Origin: Octopus bimaculoides
Lineage: Eukaryota
Length of the DNA: 63,836 bases
Direction: 5' to 3'
Assembly: GCF_001194135.2 (NCBI RefSeq)
Contig: NC_068984.1
Span: 61,015,459-61,079,294 of the forward strand
The notes beneath the pieces are model-generated. The model searched no databases and was not told the DNA's origin. It saw only the letters and a program-made list of their open reading frames with translations. The stretch's first letter is position 1. Each line of letters starts with the position of its first letter. A program made the translations under genes and the position numbers. This document shows positions 12,691-27,283 of the stretch, in pieces.

Positions 12691-14330
12691 GCGAAGGTTT
12701 AAATATGATTGAGGAAGAAAATATTGACATAGCTTTAATCCTTTTGCTTATCAGATCAGGTCATCTCACATCATATCAGATTATATGAGATTTAGCTTCA
12801 AATACTAGCAACACTGATTCCAAGTACAATGCTACATGAACAATGAAAACAAGAAAAGCAATGTTTTAGACATTTAGTCTATGTATCACAATAAATGTGA
12901 AGCGTAGCGTTTCGGTGGCTCCAGGGCAAGGGTTCCTTTTTTAGACTGCACTGTATGTTGTGTCCTTGGGCAAAGAACTTCCTTTCACATTGTGAAAAAT
13001 GAATATCAGGGACAGCGTGAGGATGAACATTAAGGAAGGGTAGTCTTGAGTATCAAGTTACTTAAAAGACATGGAAAAGGAATAAGCTTCCACTTAATCG
13101 ACTAATGAGCTCAAGACTGATCATAATTAACTTAATAGTCTGAATAGAAAACCTACGGAGGCCTTGAATAATCCCTGACAGAACACTTCGGTAATAAAAT
13201 CCATTCCCATTGTTATTCCGTAATATCAATAGCATCCAGGATTATATCATTCTATCTTTGATCCTTTGTTAAGACGAGAGTGTGTCGAGGAAGATTTAGC
13301 AGCTAATTATATCAGATCGGGAAACAAGAGCACGATTTCTACAGTGAATATTAGTAGATATTAGTAGACATAATGTGTAAGAGAAGAGTTTTACAATTAT
13401 GAAAAAAGGGGTAGCATTCTTCCTTCACCTTATGGAAACAATGCAAATATTTTCACTCCCTTTGTAAGATACCTAGCAATTGAATTTCTCTATATGACAC
13501 TAACACACTACACTTCATTTGTTTCGCACTTTTGATCAAAGTATTTCTCATTTTATCAGGAATGGAGTGGCTGTTACAGTTATAAACCATTCTAGGCAAC
13601 GTTAAAAGCCCGCTTCAATTACCAATACACGACCAAATACTAGCACACAGTGGTAATATATCATGTCTGTCTCTTTTATAGAAATTATAATGGTTTCTGA
13701 TTCTTTTGAAACTTTTATGGGTATTCCTATGAACATTAGCAAAATCAAACCCCAGCATACCTACAGAATATCGATCAACAAAAGTCAAACCAACTCTACC
13801 AATGCAAATAGAACGATAATTGAATATGATAAAGATCGAAAGGTAGAAAGGATCTAAAGACGGACATTTTGAATATGACAATATTCTAAAGGTGGCAATA
13901 GTTAAAAAATTCAAATCACTAGAAAATCTTCCCAAGGAGAAAACAGGATGATAAAGAGCAACAATAGCACAAACTGGGTCATCACACACACAAATATATA
14001 TGAGGAGAACATATGTTAATATCAATAAAAATAGGATACATAAAATATCTGATACAGAAACTTCAGTCGTCGCATTGGGAAATGATTACTACCTCAGGAG
14101 TTCTCTTATAAGAATCTATAAATCCAAGGAAACAACGCGGGAAAGCAGTATACAAAGAAAATAATAAATAGAACGAAAGACATCTCAATTCTTAACGACA
14201 TTGACAATGAAAGCACAAACATACACACTCACACAAACAACACATGCACAGATACACCTCTCACATAAGTATACGCATAGCCATCATGTATATGTATGTA
14301 TGCATGTATGTATGTATGTATTTATGTATG

Positions 14331-15137
14331 TTATTCAGTTTTATTTCAAGATTCCTTGCCAATAAAGAAAGTCGGTTTCTAACCTAAATTCAAGGCTCCT
14401 TCATTGGAGTTTGAACAACATCAGCAGAGTATTTGACCGTATGTGTGTGTGTGTGTGTGCGTGTGTGTATGTGTGTGTGTGTGTGTGTGTGCGTGTGTGT
14501 GTGTGCGAGCATGTGTTCGTGTGTGCGCGTAGTATTAAGAGTCAACGCATGAGCAGATTTGTTTGCCTTGTTTTATGTATGCATACTTATGCATATAGCT
14601 GCATGTCTGGACACGCGTATATACTTAAATACTAAACTTCTAGAAAGTTTTACCAATTTCTACAGTTCTGTTAGTGACTTGAATCTGTAATCTCCTAATT
14701 AGGTTTCTCCTTTCTGGTTTTGAGATGCCTAACTCCTTAAGATTGGCGCTTAGGCAGTTTGTTACATATCCCAGTGGCCCAATAATTACAGGTATAAACC
14801 CGAACTTCTAATCCGGATAGAGCAACTATAAATTTCTCAATAAGTTAGCGTAAGAATTTTCTTTCTCACTGATCCTTAACTTTATCTTGACATCTGCTGG
14901 TCAGCTGATTTTCATTACCGTACATAGTTTCTATTATCAGTCCCAGATCATTATGTCAGGACTGTTATGTCTACATTCTATTGAGGTTTTCACAGGAACA
15001 TTCCCCCAGTATTCCTTCCGATAAGTGACTATGGCCTCTAGCATACTGTAGGTTTTTATCTTTTTGGCCTCAGGACTATCCTTCGGGTGGATCTCATTAT
15101 ACAGTATCTTGACTACAACATCATGTCTCATCACTAG
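14331..15137 (-). mobile_element. 5'-truncated RLE-type (R4/NeSL-like) LINE, 3' end with UTR, flanked on both sides by (TACA)n-type repeats
   Basis: Minus strand reads RHDVVVKILYNEI...YWGNVPVKTSIECRHNSPDIMIWD...KENSYANLLRNL...FIPVIIGPLGYV...VEIGKTFLEV, i.e. a PD-(D/E)xK restriction-like endonuclease. The 3' UTR runs into (CATA)n at 14287-14330. Confidence 0.85.
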
Positions 15138-15457
15138 ATATATGTATGTTTGTTTGTTTGTATGTATATATGTATGCATGCATGTGTGTATGTATATATA
15201 TGTACATACATTACACACACATATATATACATACATATCCATATTATAATAATAAAGGTTAACATTAAAAAAATATTTAATCAGTGGCCAGCATATTAAA
15301 AATAGACCGATTAAGGTGAAATCATATATATAATTATAATTGAGGGCATAGAAAACTTTCTAGCCTTATAAATATTTTCTATGGCCTTAATTATAATTAT
15401 ACATAGACACACACACACACACAAAAACACACGTGCGCGCGCGCACACACACACACA

Positions 15458-15507
<50 letters not shown>

Positions 15508-18500
15508 CGGTAGAACTGCAAATACATGAATCTATAAATATATCAGCCAGTTCTAGGTGATATCAGAAGTTACCTAGTTAAAAGCTAAGTTACATTACGT
15601 GATATAGTTCTTATACAATATGCTACGAAAGACGGAATCCTCAACCCTGAAACTCTTTTAATGCTGATATGAAGTTAAGCAACATCACCTCTAACGGTAC
15701 CCACGCTCTCACCCATATCTAAGAACAACAATTACGACAATTACGTTTTTTTTTAAATAGAGCAGATATGAAATTTAATCTAAGATAATGCAGTAATGAA
15801 AAAACGGAACAATCTTTAAAAAACAAATTATTGAACTGAGTAAAGTTTCAGCACAAGCTAAAAGGCAGAACACTCATTTTTTAGAATCAGCGTCTTGATT
15901 GAGACACAAAGACAACGCCTTCCCTCTAAATTCTATTATAAGTATGCCGATCCAACAAAGTTGGCGTTACGTGGTTACCTATAAATAATAGGTAAATCTC
16001 AATGAAGTCATACCGTACCGTGTTAAGACGGAGGATGCATTTGTTAATGTAAGCGAACTTATAGGAAATCTATCGAATAGTTATGGCTGGATAACTTGCG
16101 ATCATAGTCTATTCAACAACAACAAATAAAAAGCATCATATTATGGAACGGAATTTGGAAAGTAATGTCATGGTGTTTGAGGACTGGGAACGAACAATCA
16201 AGTACAGTGTTTTTGGTTGTGCATCTTAACTTAAAGAAAACCCAGTATATATAAATACACAAAATAATTAGATGCATCGTACTCCAATTATAGAGCTAAT
16301 ATTACAGTATATTCATGTCAGAAAACCTTACAAATACATACCACTAGAGCTTTAAAAGAATGAATAAACTACCTGATATATATAAACACTACTATATATG
16401 GAAGATAATGTGTAAAGTAAATAAATCACTAAGTTTACAGACAATTAGAGCAAGAAATACTTAAAATAACGTATCGTAGCACATCTGTAACATAAATGAA
16501 TATTACTATAAGGATAGAAATATGTAGAAATTAAAAATAGTCTGAATGTGAGGTTTCAAAACAAGCACAGCTACTTATTAAATAAGACCGAAAAAGCGGT
16601 AAAGTCATCTCGTTCTGGGTAACCCCACATCCCGGAATGCATACGCACCATGCAAAAAACAGTGTCAGGATACAAATATTACGGAGAATGCTTTGAATTC
16701 AGTATATAACAAAATGTAAGACAAATAACAAATGTATGAAAGTAAACACTCCATTTGGTGGAGTGATGTTAATCCATGAACTTACAAAACAACCCAGACT
16801 GCTAATGAAATAGCTAATTACTCCCAAACAACACCAGGCTAACAATTATACTTTTATTGCGAAATTCTACTGCGCGGTTTTATGTGGTACCCCTTTAAAG
16901 ATAAGTGGACTAACCAATGGCATTTCGAAATTATTTCCTTGGATCAATCGCTTCGACGAAGAAAAATATACAATTTTGTCCCTTCAGCCGATAATCTGAT
17001 AATCTTATTGACTTATCAGATACGACTGTCATATATTTCATCATACTTAAAGAAGTAGGCGTCAGTATGAAAATGTAGATAAGATTCTTATCTATAAGTT
17101 GAGAAGTCAATTCAATATGGCGTCGAATAACCGGTTATTGAAGTGCTGCATCAAGTGCAATTTCTTCCACAAAGTATATCTGCTACAACAGATTGGCACT
17201 CTATACAGGAATGAAGTCTGCCTATCATCTACAAAACGCCGCAGGAATTGTCCATAACGACCGGTTTAGTGGACTAAAGGGATCATATAAGTGAAGTGCT
17301 AAACTAAATAAATAAAATTAATAGGTAGTTTCAAGTGGGATAAATTTATATTAACGTTTTATAGGAAATGTATCAATCTGCTTCATTGACGATCGATTAC
17401 ATTACTGAGGCTAAGGCTCCGGCGAGTGTTCTGGAAGTATAACTTCTTTGTACAGCAATTAAAGAAAATATCTCTGACCATTGGGAAAACTTATGCTGTC
17501 CCTAGATTTATAACTGACCCATATTGTCTGCATCTTACATTCTATGAATTAGCCACCTTTGCGTCAAAAGAAGGATACATGGTGAACACATAATATTGTA
17601 GACAGTCGGGTCACTCGTAAATTTTATAATACGATTGAAATAAAGTTAGTTTACTAAAGAAGAATCTGCTCTGACTGAGGATTATAGAAGGACATCCAAA
17701 AAATGTAACCGCCCATTCTCCACATATTCATCACGCCCAATTTTTTAATATATATTACTACGCAAAATATAAATATGAACAATAACATCACAAAAATGCA
17801 ACTAAAAAAAACCCAAACAAACTTTCACCCAAAAGCAAGACATAAAAACGATATGATCATTACAATATGCTGTAAAATATTTGTTACAAAATGACAGTCT
17901 TTTGTTTGATTCGTTGTAATCTCCTGATTAACATCAGTTTTATGTACGAACTTTCTTGGCCTAGGAAGGTTTAAAAGTTTTTTTTACAATGAACGTTTCC
18001 AAACAATACCATTGAAATGATTCTACAGATTTTTTTCATCTCTGTCAATTATTTTCAATTATTTAAAATCATAAATCATAATCATTCGAAAAATTAACAA
18101 TTATGTAACATTTCAGGAGAAAAACCACCAAATTAAAATGCTCCAACTTTGCAAACGATATTAAAAAATTCTTTAAGATATCTTCATTAAATTTTTGTAA
18201 ATTCTTATTCAGAACTGACAAGTCTAAAATAATCAGAGAATAATAATAAAAGCACTAAAGAGTTAAATTAAAGAAGTTTTAATCTTTTCTATTAAGACTT
18301 CTATCTTTTATCAAACATTGACAATGAAGCTTACAAGGCCAAGGGGAACAGTAGCTGTGATGATTGCTACTTTAAAAAATATAGCTCTTATTCTGTTGTG
18401 GAAAGTGTTTTGTTTAAAAAGTTTATATTTCATATTTATTTATTCATTTTTGCATTCGTTTATTTTTCGAAATTCGTAATTTCTCTCTTCTCAAATGCCA

Positions 18501-19079
18501 TTGTTCTGTGACAATTAGTTAATTTTTTTAATTTTTAATTTTGGAAAGTGAAAGACGAGACAAGATCTTCAATGAAATTTAACTCGTATTTCTTGAATTA
18601 CACATGTCAAAAATCCTTTTGTTGTTGCTATTTTATGGCAAATTATTGAAGAATATTAAATAAATAAAACAAATTCTAATACACTATATTTGAAAATAGA
18701 TTAGCAACATCAACAAAAAGTCTAAAAAAGAAATAAACTAAAACAATTTCACCACCCATCACAGCATTTCTGACAAACAGAATAACAATGTGGAGAGGAG
18801 ATCAGAGCGATAAAACAAATGAATAGCGATTTGCGATTGATTCACAAAAGAAGTAATTTATTTCACAACTGGTCTAATATTTTGATCAAAATAATACCGA
18901 CGGTTAATATAAATAAGTTAAATAAGATATGAAATATTCCACTTGTGTTTCTTCCACAACTGTACCACCGGTTTTGAAAAAATGTACAGTCAATTTTATC
19001 GACTATGTTACATGGGTGGTACATATTTTATCAAAATTAAGAATTTTAATTAACATTGGACTGAATATGAAATAACACG

Positions 19080-19290
19080 AAGGCAGAGAGCAGGCAGAAT
19101 CGTTAGTGCGCCGGGAAAAAAAAAATGTTCGCTACGTTCTGAGTTCAAATTCCATTGAGGTGGACTTTGCCGTTCATTTTCGGGGTCGATAAAATAAGTT
19201 GTAGTCGTGTAGTGGAATGGATGTAATCGACTCATCCATCCTGCGAATCTGCTGACCTTGTGCCAAAATGTGAAACTAAATGTATTATAA
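19080..19290 (+). mobile_element. SINE family A copy
   Basis: ggcagaatcgttag...gttctgagttcaaattcc...cggggtcgataaaataag...ccttgtgccaaaatgtgaaac. Confidence 0.85.
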
Positions 19291-19349
19291 CGTTTTCCAA
19301 TTTTCTACTGTCGATACAAGGCGACAGGATGAATGAAGTTAATAAATGC

Positions 19350-19625
19350 TATTAATCCCACTTTATTCTATCGACTTCCAAATTATGGAAAGTAAGCTGA
19401 TCTTGATGAAATTTGAACGCACTTCGTCAATATTTGTAAACCAATTCAGTAAGGGTATTTTGCCGGACGCTCTAACGATTCTGCAAATTTACCACTCAGG
19501 CATGAGGTAAACAATTTTTGAGAGAAGAGAGTTAGATAACATCATCGACCTGAGTACTTGAATTATACTTTATTTTATCAACACCGGCAGGATGAAAAAG
19601 TCCTTGGCGGGATTTGAGCAAGCAA
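19350..19625 (-). mobile_element. Two degenerate SINE family A fragments
   Basis: ctaacgattctgc (head, about 19470) and tttattttatcaacaccggcaggatgaaaaagtc (core, about 19575) are reverse complements of family A motifs. Confidence 0.55.
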
Positions 19626-20749
19626 CAACCATGAACACATTTTGGCTAGAGTACACTGAAGCCTGCCTGATTCATTGACAAGAAATTTAAGTGGAAGAAT
19701 CAAGAACAATGTATGGGATGTCGAACGCAAACAGTTCATAACTAACTATTATTAATCAACGCATTTATTCTGTTTAAAAATGCGATCTTTATCTACACAA
19801 TGATGTACATCTTCAGTGGGGTAGATTAAAATAAGAGCATTGTTGAGAATATAGGGTGTTAGACTGCCGGATGAAATCGATTCGTTGCTCAGCAGTCTAA
19901 TGATACACATAACTTTCAGGCTCATAAGTCATTTAGTAGTATAGGCAGAAATATGTGTGCAGTATAAATGTAAGTTACTGAATCTCCTCCACCAACATAA
20001 CTGATATAAATTACCACTTGTCACATTTAAAGCACTGCTACCACATATATCTGCGGTTGTCCCTACCCATTGGTACTGACACAATACTACTTGGCCGTCA
20101 TCTTTTGGATCCTAGTAGGATATGCCGATTCAGTCATTTTTGAATTCTTTTTAGTTGTTCATATCGGAAACAATTATAGAATTTACCTGTCGGTTGCAAT
20201 TAAGATAACATGATCTCTTTGAAGACGACCTAATTTACGTACAATAATATGAACGTGACAAACTAAGAGTCTGTATAAACTCAATAAACTTATTAAGAAT
20301 AAAAGCCAAATCTCTCTCGAAACATAAATCCCTCCTTTAGTAACGAAGGAAGCATTTAACAATACATATAATTCCTGATATACAAAGAGAGAAGTATAAA
20401 AACACCTGGAAATTTTCGACCTCTCGACTGACCAGTAAGACTTAAGGTAGGGTTAAATAATAATAACAACAACAACAACAACAACAGAAACAAAAATATT
20501 CAGTTGTATCTAGATATGTGACACAATCTTTATATTCTATCAAGGATATTTTGGCTATTTTACCAAACACATTTCTTGTTCCAAACCCACTTAGTTTCGA
20601 GTTAGATGGAAGTCATTAGTTAAATTTTATGATTCTCAGGCCCAAACAAAATTATAACATTGAAAAATGTTTCGTAATCTTTCGCTGTTGAGGTAATGTA
20701 TATTGATTTCTAATATTGAAATAAAGCCACATATTCTGGATGAGGATGA

Positions 20750-20850
20750 TATAGTCAAGTACTCAGAACTTGTCTGGCATTTTTTTTTATCGACCACGGA
20801 AGAATGAAAGTCAAAGTCGACCCCGGTCGGATGTGAATGTGCGAAGTTAA
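20750..20850 (-). mobile_element. SINE family A core fragment
   Basis: ttttatcgaccacggaagaatgaaagtcaaagtcgacccc. Confidence 0.65.
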
Positions 20851-23544
20851 TATACATCAGTTATATTCTGCAAGCAGAAATTTTTACACAGACGTAGGTT
20901 CTCCATTTTTTGGTTTCAATTGTGATGTTTAGTATATTCATAGCGTAAAATATATTGGTTCATTCATGCAACATTCCGAAGCATTTATTTATCTTCCAAG
21001 CTTATCAATGCAGCAAGGATAATAAAAATGTGTTTCTGTTTTAGGAACAAAATTACACTTATAAACTGGATTACTTCCGAATGTGTTCTTTATTTCTTTA
21101 TTCTACTAATACCACGATCAATGAGCTCTGTATCTTCTAGATGCACATTGTACCTACCATTACATAGTGTCTTTGGTATATCTCAAGTAATTGTCAACTA
21201 AAATTAGAACAGGATACTTCTACCCTCCAAAACCACACTCTGAAAAATATTCAGAATAATTATCAACTGAAGTAACATTACCCTCTTGTCTTGATTGCAC
21301 TTAGACAAGGACAAATGCTATAGAAATTGCCTTGACTTCAAGAAGCAAGAAAAAATGGAAGAAAATGTTGGGCTGTCGCCTTCTTTTGGTAAAATACCTA
21401 TTGAACTAGTTGAATTGTTAATAGAAACCATGATAATGACTCAACGAAGTAAATATAATGGTTTTATCTGGTTTAATAGAGTCTTAATGCTAGGGATTTT
21501 GTTGCGAATATCCCATCAATGTTGAACTAGTTTGTCATATGGTTACAGGAAATATGCCAGTGCCTTAAGACAGGTTTCGATTTCACGGGAAGTTAAATGC
21601 TTTTTTTAAAAAATAACATGACATATCTTATAAGTCGTTCGAAGCTGCCGAATCGTAACGTGTATCTTATATATCGACCTTTGTGACTCTTGCAATGGGG
21701 GAAAAAACATAAAAAAAAACAGAAGAAAATATTTCCCATGGAGATTGCAATCGATTTATCATTGGCAATTATAGATGGTATTTTTGAGAATTATCAAATA
21801 ATACGGTTGAAATCATAAAAATTCAAACTGGATGCTGTCCAAATAGGATTTCTGCGAAGTTGAAAAGAATAAATGGAATAGTGACAGGAAAATCATGATA
21901 GCTGCCATGAATAGATTAAAATTGTTATTGGATATATGTCCAATTTGTGTTTATGACTTTGTTAGTTCGGAAGGCTGTGAACCTTATTAAAATTTAATTC
22001 CAAGATATATGGTTTGTCTTAAGGCATTTTGAAATGTGATGAGTTATTTTTAGTGTTTTAGTTGAAATGATATTGTTGCAATGATTGTTTTTAAGAATGA
22101 TACAATTCGCAAGATTCATTTTGATACTGTTCATGGAGATAGTAAAAGCATACAAAGTCATGTTTAAAGAAGAGAAAGTTAGCAAAGGTATATAGAACAC
22201 ACACATCTACACACGTGCATACAAATTCTTTTAAAAAGAAATTGGATTTTTCGAAAGAAATATTCAAGACACTCCGCTAAATAAATAAGCATGATCAGCC
22301 ACACTTTCATGCAGGAGTTGTTGAACATGACCACTCAAAAACTTCCCTATTGACTTATTGTTTAGAATATAGACGCAATGTGTTGTTACAATGCCAATGT
22401 ATATTATAGAACATTTTCCCGCAAGTATTTCGGATTAGAGGCAGTGGGAGAACAAACTGAACCACTGATTTCTTTGGGAGATGATATACCATTCCTAAAG
22501 CATTGCACTCAACTCCATACATCACAATCTTATATATAGACCATTACTGCTGAGATTTATATGTAAACTGTATTTTGTAGCGCTTTGTCTGAACATTAGC
22601 AACATAAACTATTGTAGGCAATAAGCTAGAACCACATCAATACTAAGCAGTTTATTATACAAGCCACGACACAAATAAAATAATAAAGACCTTTATGTCA
22701 TATACATAAGTGGTAAACAGAATGCTGATATAAAGTCTATTTGTGTATGTGTGCGAGATAGTTTCAAGTTTTATTTGAATGATTTCCCATCAAATGGTGC
22801 TTGTACCTACTGTTCCTAAACATATTCAAAAGACTAGAAAGGTATGCGCTCTACAATGACGTACTCTGCGAAGATGGAGTCTTGACTTACAACTCAGAAG
22901 AACAGGCAGCGTCATAATAATCATAAACTGCAACGTATGCTGTTTTATTATTTACTCGACTATGGATGAACGAGATTTACACAAGACTCCAACAGAATTT
23001 GAAATCCGGAAAAAATATTCATAATGTATTCTTTATAAGTGTGACACACACACACATACACACACACACATACACACACACACACACACTCATACACACA
23101 CACATCCTTTGAATGTTAAAAATATGCATAGCTATATCCATAAGCGTTTACATATACACATACATATATACAGACAAACATGCATACACGTAAACATACA
23201 TATTTACATACATAAATACATACATAGATAAATAGATACATACATATATATACATGTGTATATATATTCATAGAAGTTGTAGATTTACATCCAAAAGTTT
23301 TCTTTGTACTACTATATTAAAGACATGCAGATGAAACAAAAACCGGGAGAACAAAAGCTGACCTGTGTTGCATTAGTGCAGGTTATTCAAGCAAAGTTGT
23401 TTATAAGAGAGAATCTTCTATTATGAAATCTCCCTAAGTCCTACTTCCACTCGGTTCTATTTGGTGCTTTGCTATCTCGCACTTCCGTTCTGTGTCATGA
23501 CAATGTTGAATAGCAATGGATCAAATACAACCTTTCAACTTTCA

Positions 23545-24020
23545 ATCGATACATACATGCATACATACATATATATACATACATATATACATACATACAT
23601 ATATACATACATTCACGCATACATACATACATACACACGCACACACACACATATATATAAATATCATATATATATATATATATATANNNNNNNNNNNNNN
23701 NNNNNNNNNNNNNNNNNNNNNNNNNNNNNNNNNNNNNNNNNNNNNNNNNNNNNNNNNNNNNNNNNNNNNNNNNNNNNNNNNNNNNNNNNNNNNNNNNNNN
23801 NNNNNNNNNNNNNNNNNNNNNNNNNNNNNNNNNNNNNNNNNNNNNNNNNNNNNNNNNNNNNNNNNNNNNNNNNNNNNNNNNNNNNNNNNNNNNNNNNNNN
23901 NNNNNNNNNNNNNNNNNNNNNNNNNNNNNNNNNNNNNNNNNNNNNNNNNNNNNNNNNNNNNNNNNNNNNNNNNNNNNNNNNNNNNNNNNNNNNNNNNNNN
24001 NNNNNNNNNNNNNNNTATCT

Positions 24021-24076
<56 letters not shown>
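23545..24076. repeat. (TACA)n/(TA)n/(TATATC)n tract with an assembly gap at 23687-24015
   Basis: Directly visible in the sequence. Confidence 0.9.
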
Positions 24077-24078
<2 letters not shown>

Positions 24079-24704
24079 CTTATTACTCTCCTTCTCAAAT
24101 GATAATACGAACTGACTTTATTGATATCAGCTAGAATAAGATAATGATAGTTAAAATATATTTCACGTAAGGATTTCATAGATAAACGCACATCTTTTGA
24201 ATACACAAAATAGGAATATGTGTTGGATATTGTGAAGTTGAATACTTGCCTCCTTTCTCCATATGCAATTTCATTGATGTAAGTGAGGTTATTCATTCTT
24301 TCCTGCCCTCAACACGAAGAAGCAAAACGCTATTTTCTAAATGTACACATTGTGTCAGATATTCGGTGAGAGAAATACAGAAAAATGCAAGTAGATGACT
24401 TGAAAGCGTTTTCTTGCAAGTATGCAAATGAAATGCTCTTCACTTGTAGTTAACAATAACAACATTAATTTATACAATAATTTATACACAAGACGAATAA
24501 CGTATCATTATAGACGCACACAAACACAGACACATATAAACACACATACAAACACACATACTCTTTCTTACAATGTAAAAAGAACAACTTACATATTCTA
24601 CGTTGATGAATGTGTTGCAAAATTTTAACTCCTAAGTAGCAAAAAATGTAATGCATTCAAATTTGAAATAGTGTACCCACAACACACACACACATGCTCG
24701 CGCG

Positions 24705-24748
<44 letters not shown>

Positions 24749-24902
24749 AATAGCCACATAGATAAAGTTTTACGTCGCATCGGAGAAACTCAGACTAGCT
24801 CAATGGGAATTTATATTTGAGACTACTTTTGCAGAAACTAATGCAGAGATCGATAGAATCGTTTTTGTACCACCTCATATCAAAGTTACTCTCAACAGTT
24901 AC

Positions 24903-25018
24903 CTGTGATAATCTAACATTTCGACTGTATAATATTTCAGTGTAAGTCTTGCCTTTAAGCATTTGGTATGCTGCTTCTTTAGAAGCATCAGCTGAAACTC
25001 CTTCCATGATATTCGTGA
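24903..25018 (-). CDS. Candidate internal exon of an unidentified gene (116 nt, phase 1/0)
   Basis: Acceptor atttatacatAG and donor CAG|GTAACT. Peptide TNIMEGVSADASKEAAYQMLKGKTYTEILYSRNVRLSQ, inside an 85-aa minus-strand ORF. Not recognised. Confidence 0.3.
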
Positions 25019-27202
25019 CTATGTATAAATATATGAGCTTGCATGTACGCATTTGTGTATATCAGTTCTATAACCCAATTTATACTTACAATTCCAGCTG
25101 CAGCAGCACTTCCCTGGGTAGTAATGCCGGAACAGCCAATCTATCTCATTTTCTTGGCCTCGTTCCAATCTCTATTCCTTCTAAATTTACTTCTATAATA
25201 TAGCCAGGCCGGAAGTGACATGCTATAGCTACATACATTTCAAGTGAGAAAGATCACTGGATTTGCTTTCTTGTTAGTTTCAATTGATACATACGGAGAG
25301 TAAGCTTCTTAGGTGAAATTAAATGTGAACGCTGATGTTTATGCAAATTATTAGAAAGAGAGCGTAATAGAATTAGCAACGATCCGGAACTGGCTACAAT
25401 TCAGTTGCAAAAGACTGCTAGTATTTTAGGCACCTAATTCAGCCGTTTCATAGAATGTGCTTCTAGTATTACCCGATTGAAATTCTGAAGCTTATGCATT
25501 GATTCGTAACTAACACAGTAAGGTTACGAAATATTTACCAATTAAATATTGGTTTTATCTAAATCAGTGTTGTTCAAAGGGAGCTGTAACGTCTCTTTCG
25601 GGGCGTTGTAGGAAATTGGGGAAGAAGATAACCTCTATGATTTCCATTCAGAATGAATGCAGATGAAACATCTGCTTCATGAGAAGTGAGGGAGCATTGA
25701 TAGTGTTAAAAGATTAAGAACTTGCTTTTGGGCCGAAGCGGTTGAGTACATCTGGTATAAATAAACTGAATTACTGGCATTATACTTTATTTTGCACGAA
25801 GGTAATTTAATTTTTTTTTACATGTTTTGCGGTGGAACTGGGGTATCGCTTTAAAGGTAGTTATAGTACTCTACGTCATTGTCTAGAACATATTTTAGTA
25901 ATCTAAGAAGAAACAAAATTCAAATAAGTTTTGGCGTAACTAAATACAGCAATATATTTTTGTTCAGTAAAAAGTGTTTGTGATTCATGCAGCATTATAC
26001 TCATACATACTCCATGCACATGTGTATAGAATAATTGCTTGAAGAACATTCATAGTCTCCGTCAATCAAAGTTAACATGCAAGTCTTTAGTCCACATGAG
26101 ATGATGGCAGAAAGCACTTTTCCTAAGATGATATCGAAACTGAAATCACGTAAATGCGAAGTGAGCTTCTTAACTACATGTCTATTCGTGTGCCTAGATT
26201 GATCTTATACAGAACCAACACGGATTAATTGTTTTCATCTAAACGGATGAAGCGCATAATGGCAAGAAATTTTCAAAGCTGAGATTATTCACGCCTTTTC
26301 GATGGAGATTATTCGTGATTGGAAAATGAATTTGGTTCCAAATGAAAACTTATATGCACTTTAGTGTTGTTACCTGATTAATTTTGCCTGTAGTCACGAA
26401 ACTACACATGAAAAGAACATAATGGAAAAGAGTGTGGGCCATTTACAAATTCTTTGAAAATGTTGTTTCAACTCAGTAGAAGATTTTATGATATTTTTAC
26501 TGCATCTAAAATGATTTAAGGTGTTGGGCTTCATTACAATTTGTTAGTCCTGAAAAATTAGAACTAAATTCTACTACGGCGAATGGCAATGTACATATCT
26601 TTGGAGTAAACAAATTTAATCCAACGATTTTTGGAAAGCGCAGAATGAAGTGTCTTACCATAAATAGAATAAAATACTAGTAGAATATTTGAACACGATG
26701 CCTTGTACAACAGATCAATATTTTATGAATTAGACCATTACGTTGTGTACTCACTGGACTATCTCTATCTACAGTGGTGGCTGAGAGAGCCAAACAGTTA
26801 ATGGCTTTTTCCAAGATTTGTGTAACGGTTTTCCGACTGACGGATATTCTATTTTAATGTGAAAGTAGATTAAACAAAGAACCAAATACAAAATATAAAA
26901 ATAAACTGGTAATTGTTTTGTCACACGAATATATTAGTGAAAAATATATATAAAATATCATATAACGCAAAACAGAAATTTGGTCAACTTTTGATAGTAG
27001 TTTTTAAATCAGGATACACACATAAAGCATGAAAAAGCGAAAGAATAAAATAATGATTGAAATTTAACAGAAAAAAGAAATAACAGTTCTTTAAAGAGGA
27101 AGTGAAATGCGAAAGGAAGCCTTCCACTACGAAAACAATAGGAAAAGAGAAAAAAAAAACTAAGAAAAACAGTTAGAAATTGTACATGATTCAAAAACGA
27201 AA

Positions 27203-27204
<2 letters not shown>

Positions 27205-27262
<58 letters not shown>

Positions 27263-27283
27263 TAATAGTAATAATAATAATAA
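27205..27283. repeat. (AAT)n microsatellite
   Basis: Directly visible in the sequence. Confidence 0.95.

Noticed and set aside
13663-13960. ORF MSVSFIEII...NANRTIIEYDKDRK with splice-like ends
   Set aside because: May be an old RLE-LINE remnant (ANR motif) or an exon; the evidence was too weak for either call.
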